From: Eledone cirrhosa
Lineage: Eukaryota
Direction of reading: 5' to 3'
Assembly: GCA_964016885.1 (NCBI GenBank)
Contig: OZ024740.1
Location: 413,912,001 to 413,976,000, forward strand
DNA: 64,000 nt
Shown: piece by piece, positions 27,621 through 44,219 of the stretch
Numbering within the stretch: the first letter of the stretch is position 1
Layout of the letters: each line of letters opens with the position of its first letter
Notes under the pieces: generated by a model
Databases searched by the model: none
What the model saw: the letters and a program-made list of their open reading frames with translations, nothing else
What the model was told of the DNA's origin: nothing
Translations under genes and position numbers: made by a program

Positions 27621-30600
27621 TTTTTCAGATTAACAGAAGTAAAGATACAAGAATACATCGCTTGTGCATTGGCGCCGTAATCAGAGTAAAACTATTTTAG
27701 TTGTTAATGAGATCTTACGAAACTAAAGGAAAAAACGAGGAATCCTCTATTTAGTTTCTACAAATGCTATGGATTACAGCTAAATCTTCAAATTACATAC
27801 TATTATCTGATATGAGATTTACATTGGATAACGACGGGGTGGCTATTGATGTAAAGCTTTTTATTATAGGATTAGTCAGGGTTGATTTGAACTATACAAC
27901 AGAAATGAGATCGAGCCAAAGAAGAGACCTCTACACGGTTGAAAGACTTACTAGAACACACAATCATATCTCCCTTAAATCACACTCTGCCTGCCATCTT
28001 AAAATGAAAGACAAATGTGGTGGATGATTTAGTTATACATACGGTCACTGTTTAGAAGAAAACGTAGGGGTTTACTTGGTCGAGTACCTGACTGCTCACG
28101 TCAAACCCGATGGAGATGCCATCACATACAAACATTGTATCTTATAATAATTTAGCCAAAGACATAAATGAAGTATGCGATTCACTTTTTCTACAATCAA
28201 TTGCCCTAATGCATAATTACAAAAGAGATAAAAATTAATTCAATAATTAAAGTTTTAGCGTAATTACAACTAACGATTTAAATTCTGATATGTGAGTCTC
28301 ATTTTCAGTAATTTCATTAGCGTTTATTGAAAAAATAATTCCTTTTATTGTTCCTTAAAGAACTTCGGCAAACCGTTTTCTCTTATTTAATTAATGATAA
28401 ATTTTTCAACTGGCAATAAAATAAAACTCATGCACTCCAATATTTTCAGTTATTGGAGTAACACATTTGATTTGATGTCATTAGATGTTTGTGGTATTGA
28501 AGAATATTAATAACAGCGTCTTTCTATATTACTATAATGTTATCAGTCCTAATAAATGAAATGAAAAATTACAAAATTATAATCGAAGTGACTTAATATT
28601 TCAATTTACTATGAATGAAAACTTTCTAGAAAGAACATAAAATCGTTTTTATCCCTTTTGTTACGTAAATATCTTCATAATTATACTTTAATACTATTGA
28701 CCCAAAAGTGCCTTAAATATTAAATGAAACTATCGAACATTCGATTAAGTATACAATGTACTGCTTAATTCATTTCCTCTGTCGTCTGAGTTCGAATATA
28801 GCTTGATCAACTGGACATTTAGCTCTTCCGTTGTATAACTAGTCATATATTGAGATTGTTTAAGTGAATTCTATCATTTATTTTTAATTTGTAAATAAAT
28901 TTGTGAGTAGTTTCCTGCATTTCTGGCATTTGGAAAACAAGCGTTTGTCTACTTCGATGTGGAACAAATATCTCAGGTGACTTCACTCAGTTTTATGTGT
29001 TTACTCACCGATGCTTTTAACATTCACAAATTTACGTCAGCGAAACGTACCGGAGAAAAATAGTTTGAAAATCGGGTTACATCGAGTGTGTCAGCTCGTG
29101 GATAAATGTAATGGCATTAAAGATTAAATAGAGGTTTATTTGGGGGAACAAAGACCAGATGGCAAATAAATAATGCTACATTAGTGAAGAATTCGGGTAG
29201 AAATGTGGTACTAATTTGGAGAGGAGGGCTGCTAACGAATTTAATTTATTTAAATAACGAATTTAAAAATGAGACTGAATGGCATTTGTTTAACTTACAT
29301 TGGAATGAAATGGTTAATAGCTAAGGAAATTAATATGTGGGGATTTATATTGTAGAAATTTGCTTTAAAATTTATGATAAACAATTTACTGTACAGTGAA
29401 TAATATTGTTATGAAAATGATTTCTAATCACTAATCGATAAAATATGAAGAATGGAAGATACTCTGGGTGTTATTATATCCCTTGTTATATCGAAAACTG
29501 TCTCTAATCGCGTCTAATTTAAATCTCTAAAACCGTAGATTCATCATTGAATTACATCAACCCTCCTGATGTTAAAAGTTATTTGTAATTCTTGTTGTAG
29601 TTGCTGAGTTTCCCCACACCTATGGCGAAAGACATTCTGGTTTTGATCATCCCATCTTTTATTTAGATAGTGTACGGTATATTTACGGCTACATCTTCTA
29701 ATCTGTCCTTTTCTGTGAAGACGATATGTAATTTCAGAGGGAGGGGGGGGGGGGGTGCTAGTTAGAATATATCCAACGACGACATAGAGACTCACTCCTT
29801 CAGTCGGTTATTAATTAGTATTTGCATGCAATGTTATTAACTTATTCTCTAAACCATTTGCTCTACGTAATCAGAGGCCTTTGCAAGGCAATTAGCTTGC
29901 AAATATGGAACGGATGTGGCTGAACTAATACGCGTGGTATCATACAATTAGCTGCCTAAGACAGAGTGTATCTCAATTCTATTATATCATCTTTGGCACC
30001 TGCTTCTCTCAAGTTGATAAATCTTAAAATTTTAATAACCAAATTAATTATAGAAAGACATTTGAGAAATAGAGTCTTCAGTTTCAGAATTTCTATTATT
30101 TTCCCTAAAGTTTTTTTAATGTGTTAATGTTATTAGAAAAGATTATATAAATAGTCTGTACAAGCCCTTTGGTATTCATTCATTCAATTTAGAAATAGGG
30201 TTTGATGGAGGGATATATTTGGCTCGTTATTTATTTTTCATTTCGCTCATTACTTGTTTTTCCTATTTTAAAAGAAAGGTACTTTAGTGTAACTTAAAGC
30301 AGCATAAGTTCCGAACAAAGGCTTTCACCGAAATCGTTATATTCACTAACATTAAGCCAGTGATTGAGCCTTCAAGTGATCGATGACCCTGCTAGAAATA
30401 ATAACAAAATCAGCCTCGAAGCACACTTCTTCGTCATAAAATCAGAAGCAAATACTGGTCACTATAATTACTGGTAGATGGAACGGAAACAAAATCTATT
30501 TTCCTATAAATCTGCTTCATCTGAGCTAACATGAGGGTAAGCAAGAAAAACAATAATAATCGCTAGTTTCCCCTCCTAATGCAATTTATACCTTTGTATA

Positions 30601-30682
30601 ACAAATAGATAGATAGATAGAAAGATAGAAAGATAGATAGAAAGATAGATAGAAAGATAGATAGATAGATAGATAGATAGTT

Positions 30683-31150
30683 AGATACATTTCTTTATTA
30701 GCCACAAGGGCACAAAAGAAGGGGACAAATACAAATTGGGAGTTTACATACAGGTATGTGAAAATAAAACTATTAATAAAATAACAAATAACAATTGAAA
30801 TCCCCAATAGGGGGGGGGGTGCGTTACACAGGGGTTGTACACACCCCGAAAAAATGTACAACCCTCCTCTCCAGGAGCACCAAGTGTGAGTACTCCCTTC
30901 CTCTCTTTCTCTTTTTCCTCAACCTACAGGCTTATATAGAGAGAAGGCCCAACCACTCGGGCCATCTTTGCCACATTCACTCACCATTTATAAAATTTGC
31001 TGGGGTACAGCTCCTCTCTCTCCATCCTGATTCTTCTTCCAAAATGATATTTGAAAAAACGAATCAGTTGTTCGCCGGAGAGAAAGGTGTCCGACCTCAG
31101 CCCTTTTAACCTCGTCCACCATATAACCTCTTTCACCATAGCCATAACAC
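30683..31150 (-). mobile_element. 3' end of an L1/Tx1-like LINE embedded in (GATA)n
   Basis: Minus-strand peptide MAMVKEVIWWTRLKG..FFKYHF..RIRMERE, a 3' UTR, AATAAA, then an (ATCT)n tail. GATA repeats on both flanks. Confidence 0.6.
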
Positions 31151-31549
31151 AGATAGATAGATTGACAATTAGGTAAATGGATATATGTTGTATTTATTGT
31201 CCGAAGATAGATACATAGATAGGTAGCTATAGATAGCGGCCCGCATGACTACTGACCATCTTGACAACACTATTGTAAGAGCGAGGGGTAGGGAGGATGC
31301 CATTGAAATATCATTTCTTAAACAAATCTAGCACATACTGGTTGCCAAATGACTCTTGCATTTTATTATGAATCATATATAAATATTATATTCTCTTTAT
31401 TTTAATGTCATTTCCACCACTATCCCCTCACACCCTCTCGGAACTCGTTTCCTTCCCACCTGTCTCCTGATAAAGGGCTTATGCCCGAAACGTCTCCCTC
31501 CCCCCCCCCCCCCCCCCCACACACACACTCTCAAGCGTGAACCTAATAC

Positions 31550-32620
31550 CAACTGCATTTTAAGTGACTTAGCGATTTCTTTTCCGGCCGCATTTGTCTC
31601 AGTCAATGCCATCTCATTTACCTTTTTGTAGGTGGTCGTGATGGCATTTTTTGCCAGCTTATTATAGGTCGGTGGGTCTACCTCATAAACGTTTTTGGTT
31701 TTACCGGAGGAGACAGGGAGATTGGGGAATTTTTTATATTCCGCATTTCAGTATTTAAGTAGGCCTGGAATGGTGTGTTGGCTCTACGAAATTTGATATC
31801 TTTGATCATCTTGAAGAGGTCTTCCTCAAATGGTTCAAGTAGGATGTTGGTGGGTGGTGCTTTATTCGCTTTCAAACCGAACTTTTCATCATTGGTAGAT
31901 GCTACATCAAGGTTGTCGAGGAAGAAGGTTCTCCATATAATTCGCTTAATGAACTCGTCTGTACGTCTGATGAGTGTTTTTAGGTAAAGTTTCCTTGAAG
32001 GGATGGGGATATTCTTCATGGAGACATCAAGGTCGAGTCTGGTCAGCATAGTGTCTTGGTGATGGTAATGAGGGGCACTAAGAGTGTTAAAAGATAAGTT
32101 ATTCCAGGTTGAATCGGAGGTAACGGCAGTAAGTAAGGTGCTCACTACATAGCAGAGTACGAAGGTTTTAATATAGAAGAGCTTCTACAAGACTAAAACT
32201 GTTTCATTCGTGAGAAATCATCAGGAAGCTGGCTGTCCAAGTAAGTGGTAGTATTTATATCTTTTCTTTTCTGGTGGTAGGAGAGGGTGGGGATTGAGAT
32301 GGGTGTAGGTCATTGGTTGAACGATTTAAAGAAAAGGGAGTTCATTAAAAGCTAATTCTTTAAAGCTATAAAGGCAGAAAGAATACTGTAAAGAAATTCA
32401 AATTTGGAATACCAATCTTTGTTTATCACTTAGACTAGCAATGCCTGTAAGACAGGTGTCTACAGGATGCGTGGAGTTCAATGGTTTAAAGAAAAGGGAA
32501 ATTCATTAGAAGCTAATTTTTTAAGGGAGACAAAGGCAGAAAGGGTTCCATCAACAGATTCAAGTGTTGGGGTGATTCCCCTTATTGTGAAGTTTCTCTT
32601 AATATATATTCTAGGTGTCG
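31550..32620 (-). mobile_element. Penelope-like element E: pLTR plus N-terminal ORF fragment
   Basis: SMKNIPIPSRKLYLKTLI..IKRIIWRTFF..FGLK..LEPFEEDLFKMIKDIKFR, homologous to the PLE D N-terminus. HHR directly upstream. Confidence 0.88.
32181..32229 (-). ncRNA. Type I hammerhead ribozyme of the PLE E pLTR
   Basis: gcttc-CTGATGA-tttc tcac gaat-GAAA-cag ttttagtc ttg-TA-gaagc. Stem I covaries with the 33469 copy (gattc/gaatc). Confidence 0.8.
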
Positions 32621-32881
32621 ACAAGCAGGTTCACACACGCGCCCACTTACAAACGTACACACACACATATATACACACACATATATACACACACATATAT
32701 ACACACATACATATATTCAAATATATACACACACATATACATATATATGTGTACATATATACGCATATATATATATATATATATATACCCACACACACAC
32801 ACGCTGTCATGCATACACACGCACACACACATATTCATACGTACACATATACATACATATATGCACACGTACGCACATTTA

Positions 32882-32924
<43 letters not shown>

Positions 32925-33079
32925 GATAAAAGGTTATAGTTATAGGCAGTCCACTTAGATGTAGTCCAGTTAGAGTACTCCGTGTAGCGAACTCTAGACC
33001 TACCAAATCAAAGATACAATTGTCAGCAATGTGAATAAAGCCCTTATTGTATAGCAAACGATGTCACTCTTCTGTCTTG

Positions 33080-33187
<108 letters not shown>

Positions 33188-33288
33188 AACCAGTAAGACC
33201 CCGACAGCTGAGCTCAAGCCGTTTCGACGGCTAATTCTGGACCAATGGTGCGTTATGGTCCACCTGGTTCCTTACCACATTTCCTTCG

Positions 33289-33334
<46 letters not shown>

Positions 33335-33415
33335 TGTGTGTGAAACTAAAAACCATATCATTTATACTGCCTCTCTGTTTTTTTCTGTTTATATATATAT
33401 ATATATATATATGAA

Positions 33416-33604
33416 ATTCTACAGGACTAGAACTGTTTCATTTTTTAGAAATCATCAGGAATCTTCAGGATTCCTGATGATTTCTAAAAAATGAAACAGT
33501 TCTAGTCCTGTAGAATCTCATCTATATTAAAACTTTTATACTCTGCTATGTATTGAGTACCTTACTTACTGTGGTTACCTCCGGTTCAACTCGGAATAAC
33601 TTAC

Positions 33605-33605
<1 letters not shown>
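33416..33605. ncRNA. Head-to-head inverted pair of hammerheads plus pLTR tail
   Basis: 48 bp perfect arms at 33416-33463 and 33469-33516, each spanning the whole HHR core; flanked by (TA)n. Confidence 0.85.
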
Positions 33606-33655
<50 letters not shown>

Positions 33656-33806
33656 AACATATATACACATATATACATACAATACATACACATACATATA
33701 CACACATACATACATAAAATACATATACACACATACACACACATATATATATATATGAATATATATATATATATATACGTACATACACACATACATACAT
33801 ACATTT

Positions 33807-33888
<82 letters not shown>

Positions 33889-34123
33889 CAAATACACACA
33901 TACATACACACATATATAAATATATAAGTAAATACACACATACACACACATATCCAAATATATATATATACACACACACATATATATACATATATATACA
34001 TACATATATATATATACATATATACACACATATATATATATATAAATACATACATACAAAGTTGGAATTCTTTTATTAATATAATCCTCTATACGCAATC
34101 ATATACACCCGTGTATATTTATT

Positions 34124-34173
<50 letters not shown>

Positions 34174-34180
34174 TATATAC

Positions 34181-34211
<31 letters not shown>

Positions 34212-35410
34212 CACAAACATACACATACATACACATATACGCATATACATATAAACGCACGTACACACAAACATACGCATGCATACGTACGGCCACTCAT
34301 ACAAATACGTACATACATACACTCATAAATATACACATATACACAGACACACATATATAGTATAATGATGAAGTACGCTCTACATGCGGAAAGAGCAGAT
34401 AGGTAAGAAGTACTTATATGACCATAGTGCCATGTTTCGGGTCGAGAAGAGGTAGGGGTAGGGTTTGTCGAGTGGGGTTTAAAAAAAAATAAAAAAAAAG
34501 CGTAATCTTTTTTAGCCATCTGGCATTAACACTGGCTTAAGGTAATTGAAAGTTGCAAAGTTTTTGTGCATGCAATTCGTGCAGTGTTCAGAGAGTTTGT
34601 TCAGTAGCGGGCCCTTGGAAAATAATATTTTGTAGCTCATAGTGGTGGGTACAAACGAAGTAAATAGGAATCAACATACAATATTGGAGCTGAAGTCATG
34701 TATTATATGATGGTATGAATCATTGGTAAAAGGTTACCTGATACAGGATTCTTACTATGTAGAACCAAATGGTTTATCTCATATCATTACTTACGACAAT
34801 TTTATTATGTTTCGCCTTAATGTAAATTCTTAATGTGTGCTTGCATTAATGCAATACGTATAATTTCCATTGCAAATGATATAAAATGAAATTTTATTTT
34901 AAGTGATAACCACTTTGTGATAAATTTATTGGGAAGTGGTAATTTGAAAATGTATGTGCTGTGATATCTTCTTCACTACCATCGTCTGTCCTGCACAGCG
35001 TTAACGAGACGTATCCACCCTCTGGTCTGTGGTATGGCAACAATTATCTGTAGATTTTCACCTATATATATCTGTATGTGTGTGCGTGTATTTGCGTGTG
35101 CGTGTGTGTTTGCGTGTGAGTGTATAAACACATAGGGAGAGGTATAGCGGCCAAAGGCTATGCTCATATATATCAATCTGCGTTTAGACAATAGAACAAA
35201 CGGCTATCTATATATCTGTGAGTTTGTCTATTTGTCTCTATACCTGCCATTATGTCTATCTATCTGTGTGTCCGTCTGATAATTAGAAAGATTGAATGAG
35301 AGTCTGTTTATCTGTCCATCTAATTCCATCTATCTATCTGTTTATCTTTTCATCTAACTGCATGTTTGTTTATCTATCTATCTATCTATTTATCTATATA
35401 TGTATATATA

Positions 35411-35471
<61 letters not shown>

Positions 35472-35805
35472 TTATCTTTCCATCTAACTCTGTTTGTCTA
35501 TCTATCTGTTTATCAGTCTCTTTTTCTATATACCTACCTACCTACCAACCTGTCTTACTGTCAACGTATGTATCTATTGACCTATCTATCTCTATCAATA
35601 TTTATATCGTATCTATCTTCAAACAAAAGCAACTATTAAAATAACCAAACAAGGATAACAATGGAAGCCCGAAGAAAGATAGTTTGATAGATAGAGCCAA
35701 AAAAGTTGTCATAATTTAGTTGATATGTATTTGATGATTATTTTTAGAAATGTTGAAGAAAATTATTGTAAATGATTTAGATGAATGCACAATGAAATAA
35801 AGCAA

Positions 35806-36028
35806 TGCTGCAGAGACAAATATGGGGAAGGAGCTGCCGAGACAATAGGGGGAAGGAGCTGCCGAGACAATAGGGGGAAGGAGCTGCCGAGACAATAGGG
35901 GGAAGGAGCTGCCGAGACAATAGGGGGAAGGAGCTGCAGAGACAATAGGAGGAAGGAGCTGCAGGTACAATAGGAGGAAGGAGCTGCGGGGACAATAGAA
36001 GGAAGGAGCTGCAGGGATAATAGGGGGT
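35806..36028. repeat. 25 bp minisatellite, ~8-9 copies
   Basis: Unit ggggaaggagctgccgagacaatag. Confidence 0.95.
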
Positions 36029-36176
36029 AGGTCAAGTATAAATAAAGATATTGAAGCATCTTTAAATTAAATGATGCAATCAAGGAATTATTATATCAAT
36101 ACTTTTTTTACTAAAATATCAATCGTTTTTAACGGGTACCATGCTGGCATGCACACACACACACATACACACACAC

Positions 36177-36215
<39 letters not shown>

Positions 36216-36349
36216 ACAGATTAAAGCTTAATCTGTTATTTTAATAAATATTTGCTCTAGGGTTCTTAGATATTTGATATATATTTATCCTTATCGAGCC
36301 CTCTTTGGATTTTAGTCTTCGCATTTATTATTATTACTATATATACATA

Positions 36350-36540
36350 TAGGGCGGTGGATTGGCAGTATCGGTAGAGGGTCGGACGCCATGCTTTCCA
36401 GCATAGTTACGTCCCTTTACGATCTGAGTTCAAATCCCGCCGAGGTTAACTTTGCCTTTCATCCTTACGGGGTCGATAAAATAAAGTACCAGTAATGAAC
36501 TGGATAATTGCTGGCCTTGTGCCTAAAGTAGAAACAATTA
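36350..36540 (+). mobile_element. SINE family A, full length
   Basis: GGGCGGTGGATTGGCAGTATCGG..GAGTTCAAATCC..central domain..tail. Confidence 0.92.
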
Positions 36541-36556
36541 CTATATATACATATTT

Positions 36557-36593
<37 letters not shown>

Positions 36594-37019
36594 GAGAAGA
36601 AAGAAGAATACTGTGTGGTTGCACATGGGTTACATATGATAAAATTAGTCCCTCGTGAGTAAAAATCATATACCTCAGGTTGGTGCGAGCAATAACTAAA
36701 AAAAGCTATTGGGACAGGTAAATCGCGTAAAGCGAGTGAGACAAGTAAACAATATAGAAGGATAAAAGCAAACCGAAGATAGGAAAATAAGCAAGCAACA
36801 TGGTTATCCGCTCAGCGTAAGCTGGGTGGATTTCATGAGCGATCAAGATACAGACCGTCCGAGGTGAGTGAGATGTGAGCAAGAAAAAACCCACTACTAG
36901 CCAAACGGGAGGAAGTGAGAAGGGGAGAAACAGAGAGTGAGTGAGTGGAAGTGCGAGGAAGATATATATATATATTATATATATATATACATATATATAT
37001 ATATAAAATTTCAGGTTAT

Positions 37020-37200
37020 CAATAATTGTTTCTACTTTTGGCACAAGGCCAGCAATTACCCAGTACATTACTGGTACTTTATTTTATCGACCCCGTAAGG
37101 ATGAAAGGCAAAGTCAACCTCGGCGGGATTTGAATTCAGATCGTAAAGGGACGTAACTATGCTGGGAAGCATGGCGTCCGACCCTCTACCGATACCAATA
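37020..37200 (-). mobile_element. SINE family A, inverted relative to the 36350 copy
   Basis: Near-identical reverse complement. Confidence 0.92.
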
Positions 37201-37239
37201 ATGTAGTGATAATATATCGTTACGTTAGAGATGAACAGC

Positions 37240-39200
<1,961 letters not shown>

Positions 39201-39446
39201 ATCCTTTTTTTTTATATATACTGGATAACAGGTTATCGCTATAGGTAGTCCACTTAGATGTAGTCCAGTTAAAGTACTCCGTGTAGTGGATGGTATTAAC
39301 GTATGGCTTAGTTTGACTCAACAAGACGTTTCCATAGTAATGCTGCGAGTACGCGGTGATTTCTATGTAGTTTATACTTGGAGTAATAATATTTCAAGAA
39401 AGAGGAGTGACATGGTTGACTATACAATAAGGGCTTTATTCACATT

Positions 39447-39553
39447 GCTGACAATTGTTTCTTTGATCTGGTAGGTCTAGAGTTCGCTACTCGCTTCATG
39501 CTGCGTCAATCGATCTCCAATACTTTGTTTATAACCAGTCGTTACATCAGAGC
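39447..39553 (-). ncRNA. Hammerhead-like motif with extended (82 nt) stem II
   Basis: gct-CTGATGT-aacga ctggt...accag atcaaa-GAAAC-AATT-GTC-agc. A related fragment lies at 32985-33070. Confidence 0.5.
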
Positions 39554-40111
39554 GTGCGAAAGTGAGGAAGATACTCCAGGCATGGCTTTTATAGAGAAGT
39601 GGTATTAAACCAGAACAATAATATTAATAATAAAATAACTAGATACTGAATAGTTAGAATAATAACATCAATATAAGTAGGAATAGAGTATAATGATAAA
39701 TTTGACATATTAAACGAACTGATATAATACAGATGTAAGAAATTGACATGTGAAAACTGCTATACGGTACATTAGATTTAGTATTAAGGTGGTGAAGAGA
39801 TAACTGATAAAATGTACTTGGAGTCAGGATTTAGGAGTAATTATGAGGTATGTACGTGTGCTGTAGGTCTAAAAGCACACTAGCAATAAACCGGAGATTG
39901 ATTTATAGTTTGATAGATAAGTATTTTTGTTGTGTCAACTTAGTGAGAATGATAGAGCGGGTGCATAGAGATAAATGGGTTTTATGTGGTATTAAGTGAA
40001 GTTGTAGATTCGGTAATTAAAGGTTTTAGGTGGTCTATTCTAAAAGTTGGGATTGTTAGTTCGAATCATAGGGGTTTATATATATATATATGCATATATA
40101 TACACATATAT

Positions 40112-40167
<56 letters not shown>

Positions 40168-40183
40168 TCATACACACACACAC

Positions 40184-40564
<381 letters not shown>

Positions 40565-40830
40565 ACTCCAAATATATTCCTTATCATGATTTTTATGTAG
40601 CTGTCCAATATAAGCCCTAACCCGATTAGGTTGTATTTTTAATATAAGCCCTAACCCGGTTAGGATGTATTTTGTTTAAGATATTTCTATATCTATAAGC
40701 TTCTCTAAATTTGATTCTTAAATGTAGAGTCGATTGCTAATAAATTTTAATCAAACACACACACACACACACACACATATCTCTATATATTTATATATAT
40801 ATATAAATAAATAAATATATATATATATAT

Positions 40831-41056
40831 AGGCGCATGGCTGAATGAAGGCGCATGGCTGAGTGGTTAGAGAATTCGATTCACAATCTTGAGGCTGTGA
40901 GTTCGATTATTGGACCGGGTGATGCGTTATGTCCTTGAGCAAGACACTTTATTTCACGTTGCTCCTTCTACCTGGAGTTGCGACCGATAGATAGTATGAG
41001 CAACTGGAAAGACCGACGAAAACATTGTTTCCTCTGTCCGATTTGACGAAAGTCGA
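40831..41056 (+). mobile_element. SINE family B with a duplicated 5' end
   Basis: aggcgcatggctga repeated twice, then A/B boxes and the CORE-like domain. Confidence 0.85.
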
Positions 41057-41099
41057 TATATATATAACTGTCAGTTTTGTGCCTCCTCTTTTTTCGGGT

Positions 41100-41405
41100 C
41101 TGAAACAAAAATACAGACTAAACAATGGGATATATCCCAGTAAAGCAATCTAAAATAAAATTTTAAAAACGTCACAAGCATCTTACCCCAGGGTAATATT
41201 GGGTCATTTCTGACAGAACAAACTGTCTTAATTAATTAAGATGGTCAATTCAGATATTTTGCAGTAAGCGAAGATTCGTTGAGCCCTCTAGCCTTAAGTT
41301 GCTTTTATGAATACTCTACCCTTAGGGTAAGCTGCTAGTAAAGCTTTTTTCTTAATTTATTGTAGATGACTTTACTGGGATCTACCCTCTTAGTTAGTAT
41401 GTAAT

Positions 41406-41410
<5 letters not shown>
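41100..41410. repeat. Degenerate inverted repeat (fold-back or MITE-like)
   Basis: atcccagtaaag..cttaccccagggta versus tacccttagggtaag..ctttactgggat. Confidence 0.55.
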
Positions 41411-41456
<46 letters not shown>

Positions 41457-41579
41457 GCTTTTGTTTACAGAGTCGGGCTAGATCAATACAGATCGAACCT
41501 TGAGCTGATCAATAGCGAAACGTGCGTCACTACTGAGTAAATGTGATGAAGACATAATAAATCGTCCTTTATATATATA

Positions 41580-41614
<35 letters not shown>

Positions 41615-42499
41615 TTAGGGAAAGGGAGATAGAGACAAAGAAATAAGAGGTGGTGCGAGATAGATAAACATATGTATACTATATTTTCATTTTTCATGTC
41701 GCATTGTCATTTATCTAAGAAAAAAATCTCTTTTATTCCCTTAATCACATCATGACAATTTCACCAATTGTATTCTAATAGTCTGTAACCTAATACGAGG
41801 TGGAATCAACATAATATAAAATGAAATAAAATCAGAAACTAGATTAACTTAAGCAATCAATTTCGAATCTCGGTATTCAGGAATTTCGGTAATTTAGGAC
41901 TTTCGATAATTTAGGTATTACCCGTAATTCGATATAGATTTAGCTGTCAGAATTGATTCGTTAAACAAATTATTTACAATTGAATATACATACTTGACTT
42001 ATCTATAACATCTTTCATTTGAAAGAGCTTGTAACATTAGTTGAAGATGTTGCTCGGTTGTAGTTCCCCTCCTGAGATTTATATCACCTTGGTATGATAA
42101 AATAGCAATTTGGTGCCGTTGTGGAGGTGATACTTTTGCTTGTGTTTTGCACATTTATATTTTGAAGTGCCAAATTGCGACTGTCTGTGTTTGTTTCGTT
42201 GTCATTTTTACGGTCTAATTTAAATTTGTCTTCGTATAGTCAAAAGTTTTGTTATTGGAGGGTGTATTCATTGAAACAATTTTCTTCATAACACTTAGGT
42301 CATTATTGGAAAATAACCATCATTGACTATACAGTATAAACACTAGAAAATATTCCAATAGAAAAATATAGTAATGTCTAAAAGACATCTCTACCTCAAG
42401 TATTAGGATAAGCGTAACATTTGGTAATAGTGCAACTATCTGGGAAAGTCTTAGAGACACGTTGTTTGAACCATAATAATTGTTCATAATAATAATGAG

Positions 42500-43375
42500 G
42501 ATTTATACTTTTGACGTAAGGCCAGTAATCTTTTATGGGAGGGGAAAGTCGATTAAAAGGACCCTAGTGCATTACTAGTACTTTATTTTATCGAACCCGT
42601 AAAGATGAACGCAAAGCTAAATTCGAAGGGATTTGAACTGAGATCGTCAAGGGCCGTATCTCTATGCTGCAAAGCATAGTGTCCGACGCTCTACTGATAC
42701 TGCCAATCCACCACCCTAGTAATAATTGTTTCTACTTTTGGCACAAGGCCAGCAATTAACCAGTGCATTACTGGTACTTTATTGTATCGAGCCTATAAGG
42801 ATGAGAGGCAAAGTTAACCTCGGCGGGATTTGAACTCAGAATGGAAAGGGCCGTAACTCTATGCGTCAAAGCATGACGTCCGAACCTCTACCGATACTGT
42901 CAATCCACCACCCTAATAATAATTGTTTCTACTTTAGGCACAAGGCCAGCAATTTCCCAGTACATTACTGGTACTTTATTTTATCGACCCGTAAGGATGA
43001 AAGGCAAAGTCAACCTCGGCGGGATTTGAACTCAGATCGTAAAGGGACGTAACTATGCTGGAAAGCATGGCGTCCGACCCTCTACCGATACTGCCAATCC
43101 ACCACCCTAATAATAATGATAACAATTATGATAATGATAATAATATTAATTTGTTCTACTTTAATAATAATAATAATTATTATTATTATTATTATAATTG
43201 TTTCTACTTTTGGCACAAGGACAGCAAATACCCAGTACATTACTGGTACATTATTTTATCGACCCCGTAAGATTGAAAGGTAAAGTTAACCTCGGCGGGA
43301 TATGAACTCCGACCGTAAAGGGACTTAACTCTATGCTTGAAAGCATGGTGTCTGACCCTCTACTGATACTGCCAT
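42500..43375 (-). mobile_element. Array of four SINE family A copies separated by TAA-rich spacers
   Basis: Copies at ~42500-42715, 42720-42915, 42918-43110 and 43195-43375. Confidence 0.9.
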
Positions 43376-43399
43376 AGTGAATTGGAGATAACAACTCAT

Positions 43400-43900
43400 A
43401 TGGTAACTATCCAATGTTTCATTGAAAGCTATATCATGTGACACTAGAAGAAGTGAGAAATGGTAAAAACACCAACCGGAAAGGGTTGTTGAAGATGAAA
43501 AATATAAGATCTTGTGGAATATGACCATCCAGTGCGACCATTTTATCGTAGCTAGAAAACTTTCCATTGTTGTAGTAGAAAAGAAGAATTACAAGGCATG
43601 CATTGTGCATATTGTTTCACCGTGGGACCACAGGGTGAATGAGGAGGAAAGTGAGAAAGTTGAGAAATACCAGGAGCTGAACATAGAAATCAGGAAACTG
43701 TGGAGAATAAGACACGTAGAATTGGTACCAGTAGTGAATGTGGTTGGCACAGTTACTAGTAGATTGGATGACTTGAGTAACGAGGAATTACTATAAAGAC
43801 AGGATTGCAGAAACCAGCCTCACTGGAATCAGCAATAATTCGAAGAAGGTTTTGGAAAGTTGAAGGAGAAGGAACGACCCAGAGGAGCCTTGGCCATATT
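43400..43900 (+). pseudogene. R4/Dong-like non-LTR retrotransposon 3' fragment (restriction-like endonuclease)
   Basis: PERVVEDEKYKILWNMTIQCDHFIVARKxxIVVVEK..PWD..EKVEKYQEL..IRKLW..VPVV..GTV..LQK..L, followed by a (GTG/TAG)n tail. Confidence 0.8.
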
Positions 43901-43904
43901 AGTG

Positions 43905-43940
<36 letters not shown>

Positions 43941-44219
43941 ATAGTAGTAGTAGTAGTGGTGGTGGTGGTGGTGGTGGTAGTAGTATTAGTAGTAGTAGTA
44001 TATACATTATCAACTCAATAGCACAACTAAAACATTGATCTTCACGATCAACACACCCTATACAATAAGCACCTTCTGTCTGCCGCCGGGGCTGTGGGGA
44101 GGCCAGCAAGTGGGACCCCATTTGCTCATCATTTACAGAGAGATGGGGAGGGCGAGAGAGATGGAGGTGATGACAGTGGGAGTTCGGCTCTTCCACGTTC
44201 GGACCATACTCTAATGTTG

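Noticed and set aside
35806-36028. Regular repeats resembling a CRISPR array (also 54735-55080)
   Set aside because: No unique spacers, no cas genes, eukaryotic context; these are minisatellites.
36618-36682. Minus-strand CTGAGGT-atatgat..atcatat-GTAAC motif
   Set aside because: Two core substitutions, a GUG triplet and no stem I.
41495-41535. TTGA-gct..agc-GAAAC-GTGC-GTC
   Set aside because: The first core half is incomplete and stem I is absent; single copy in the window.
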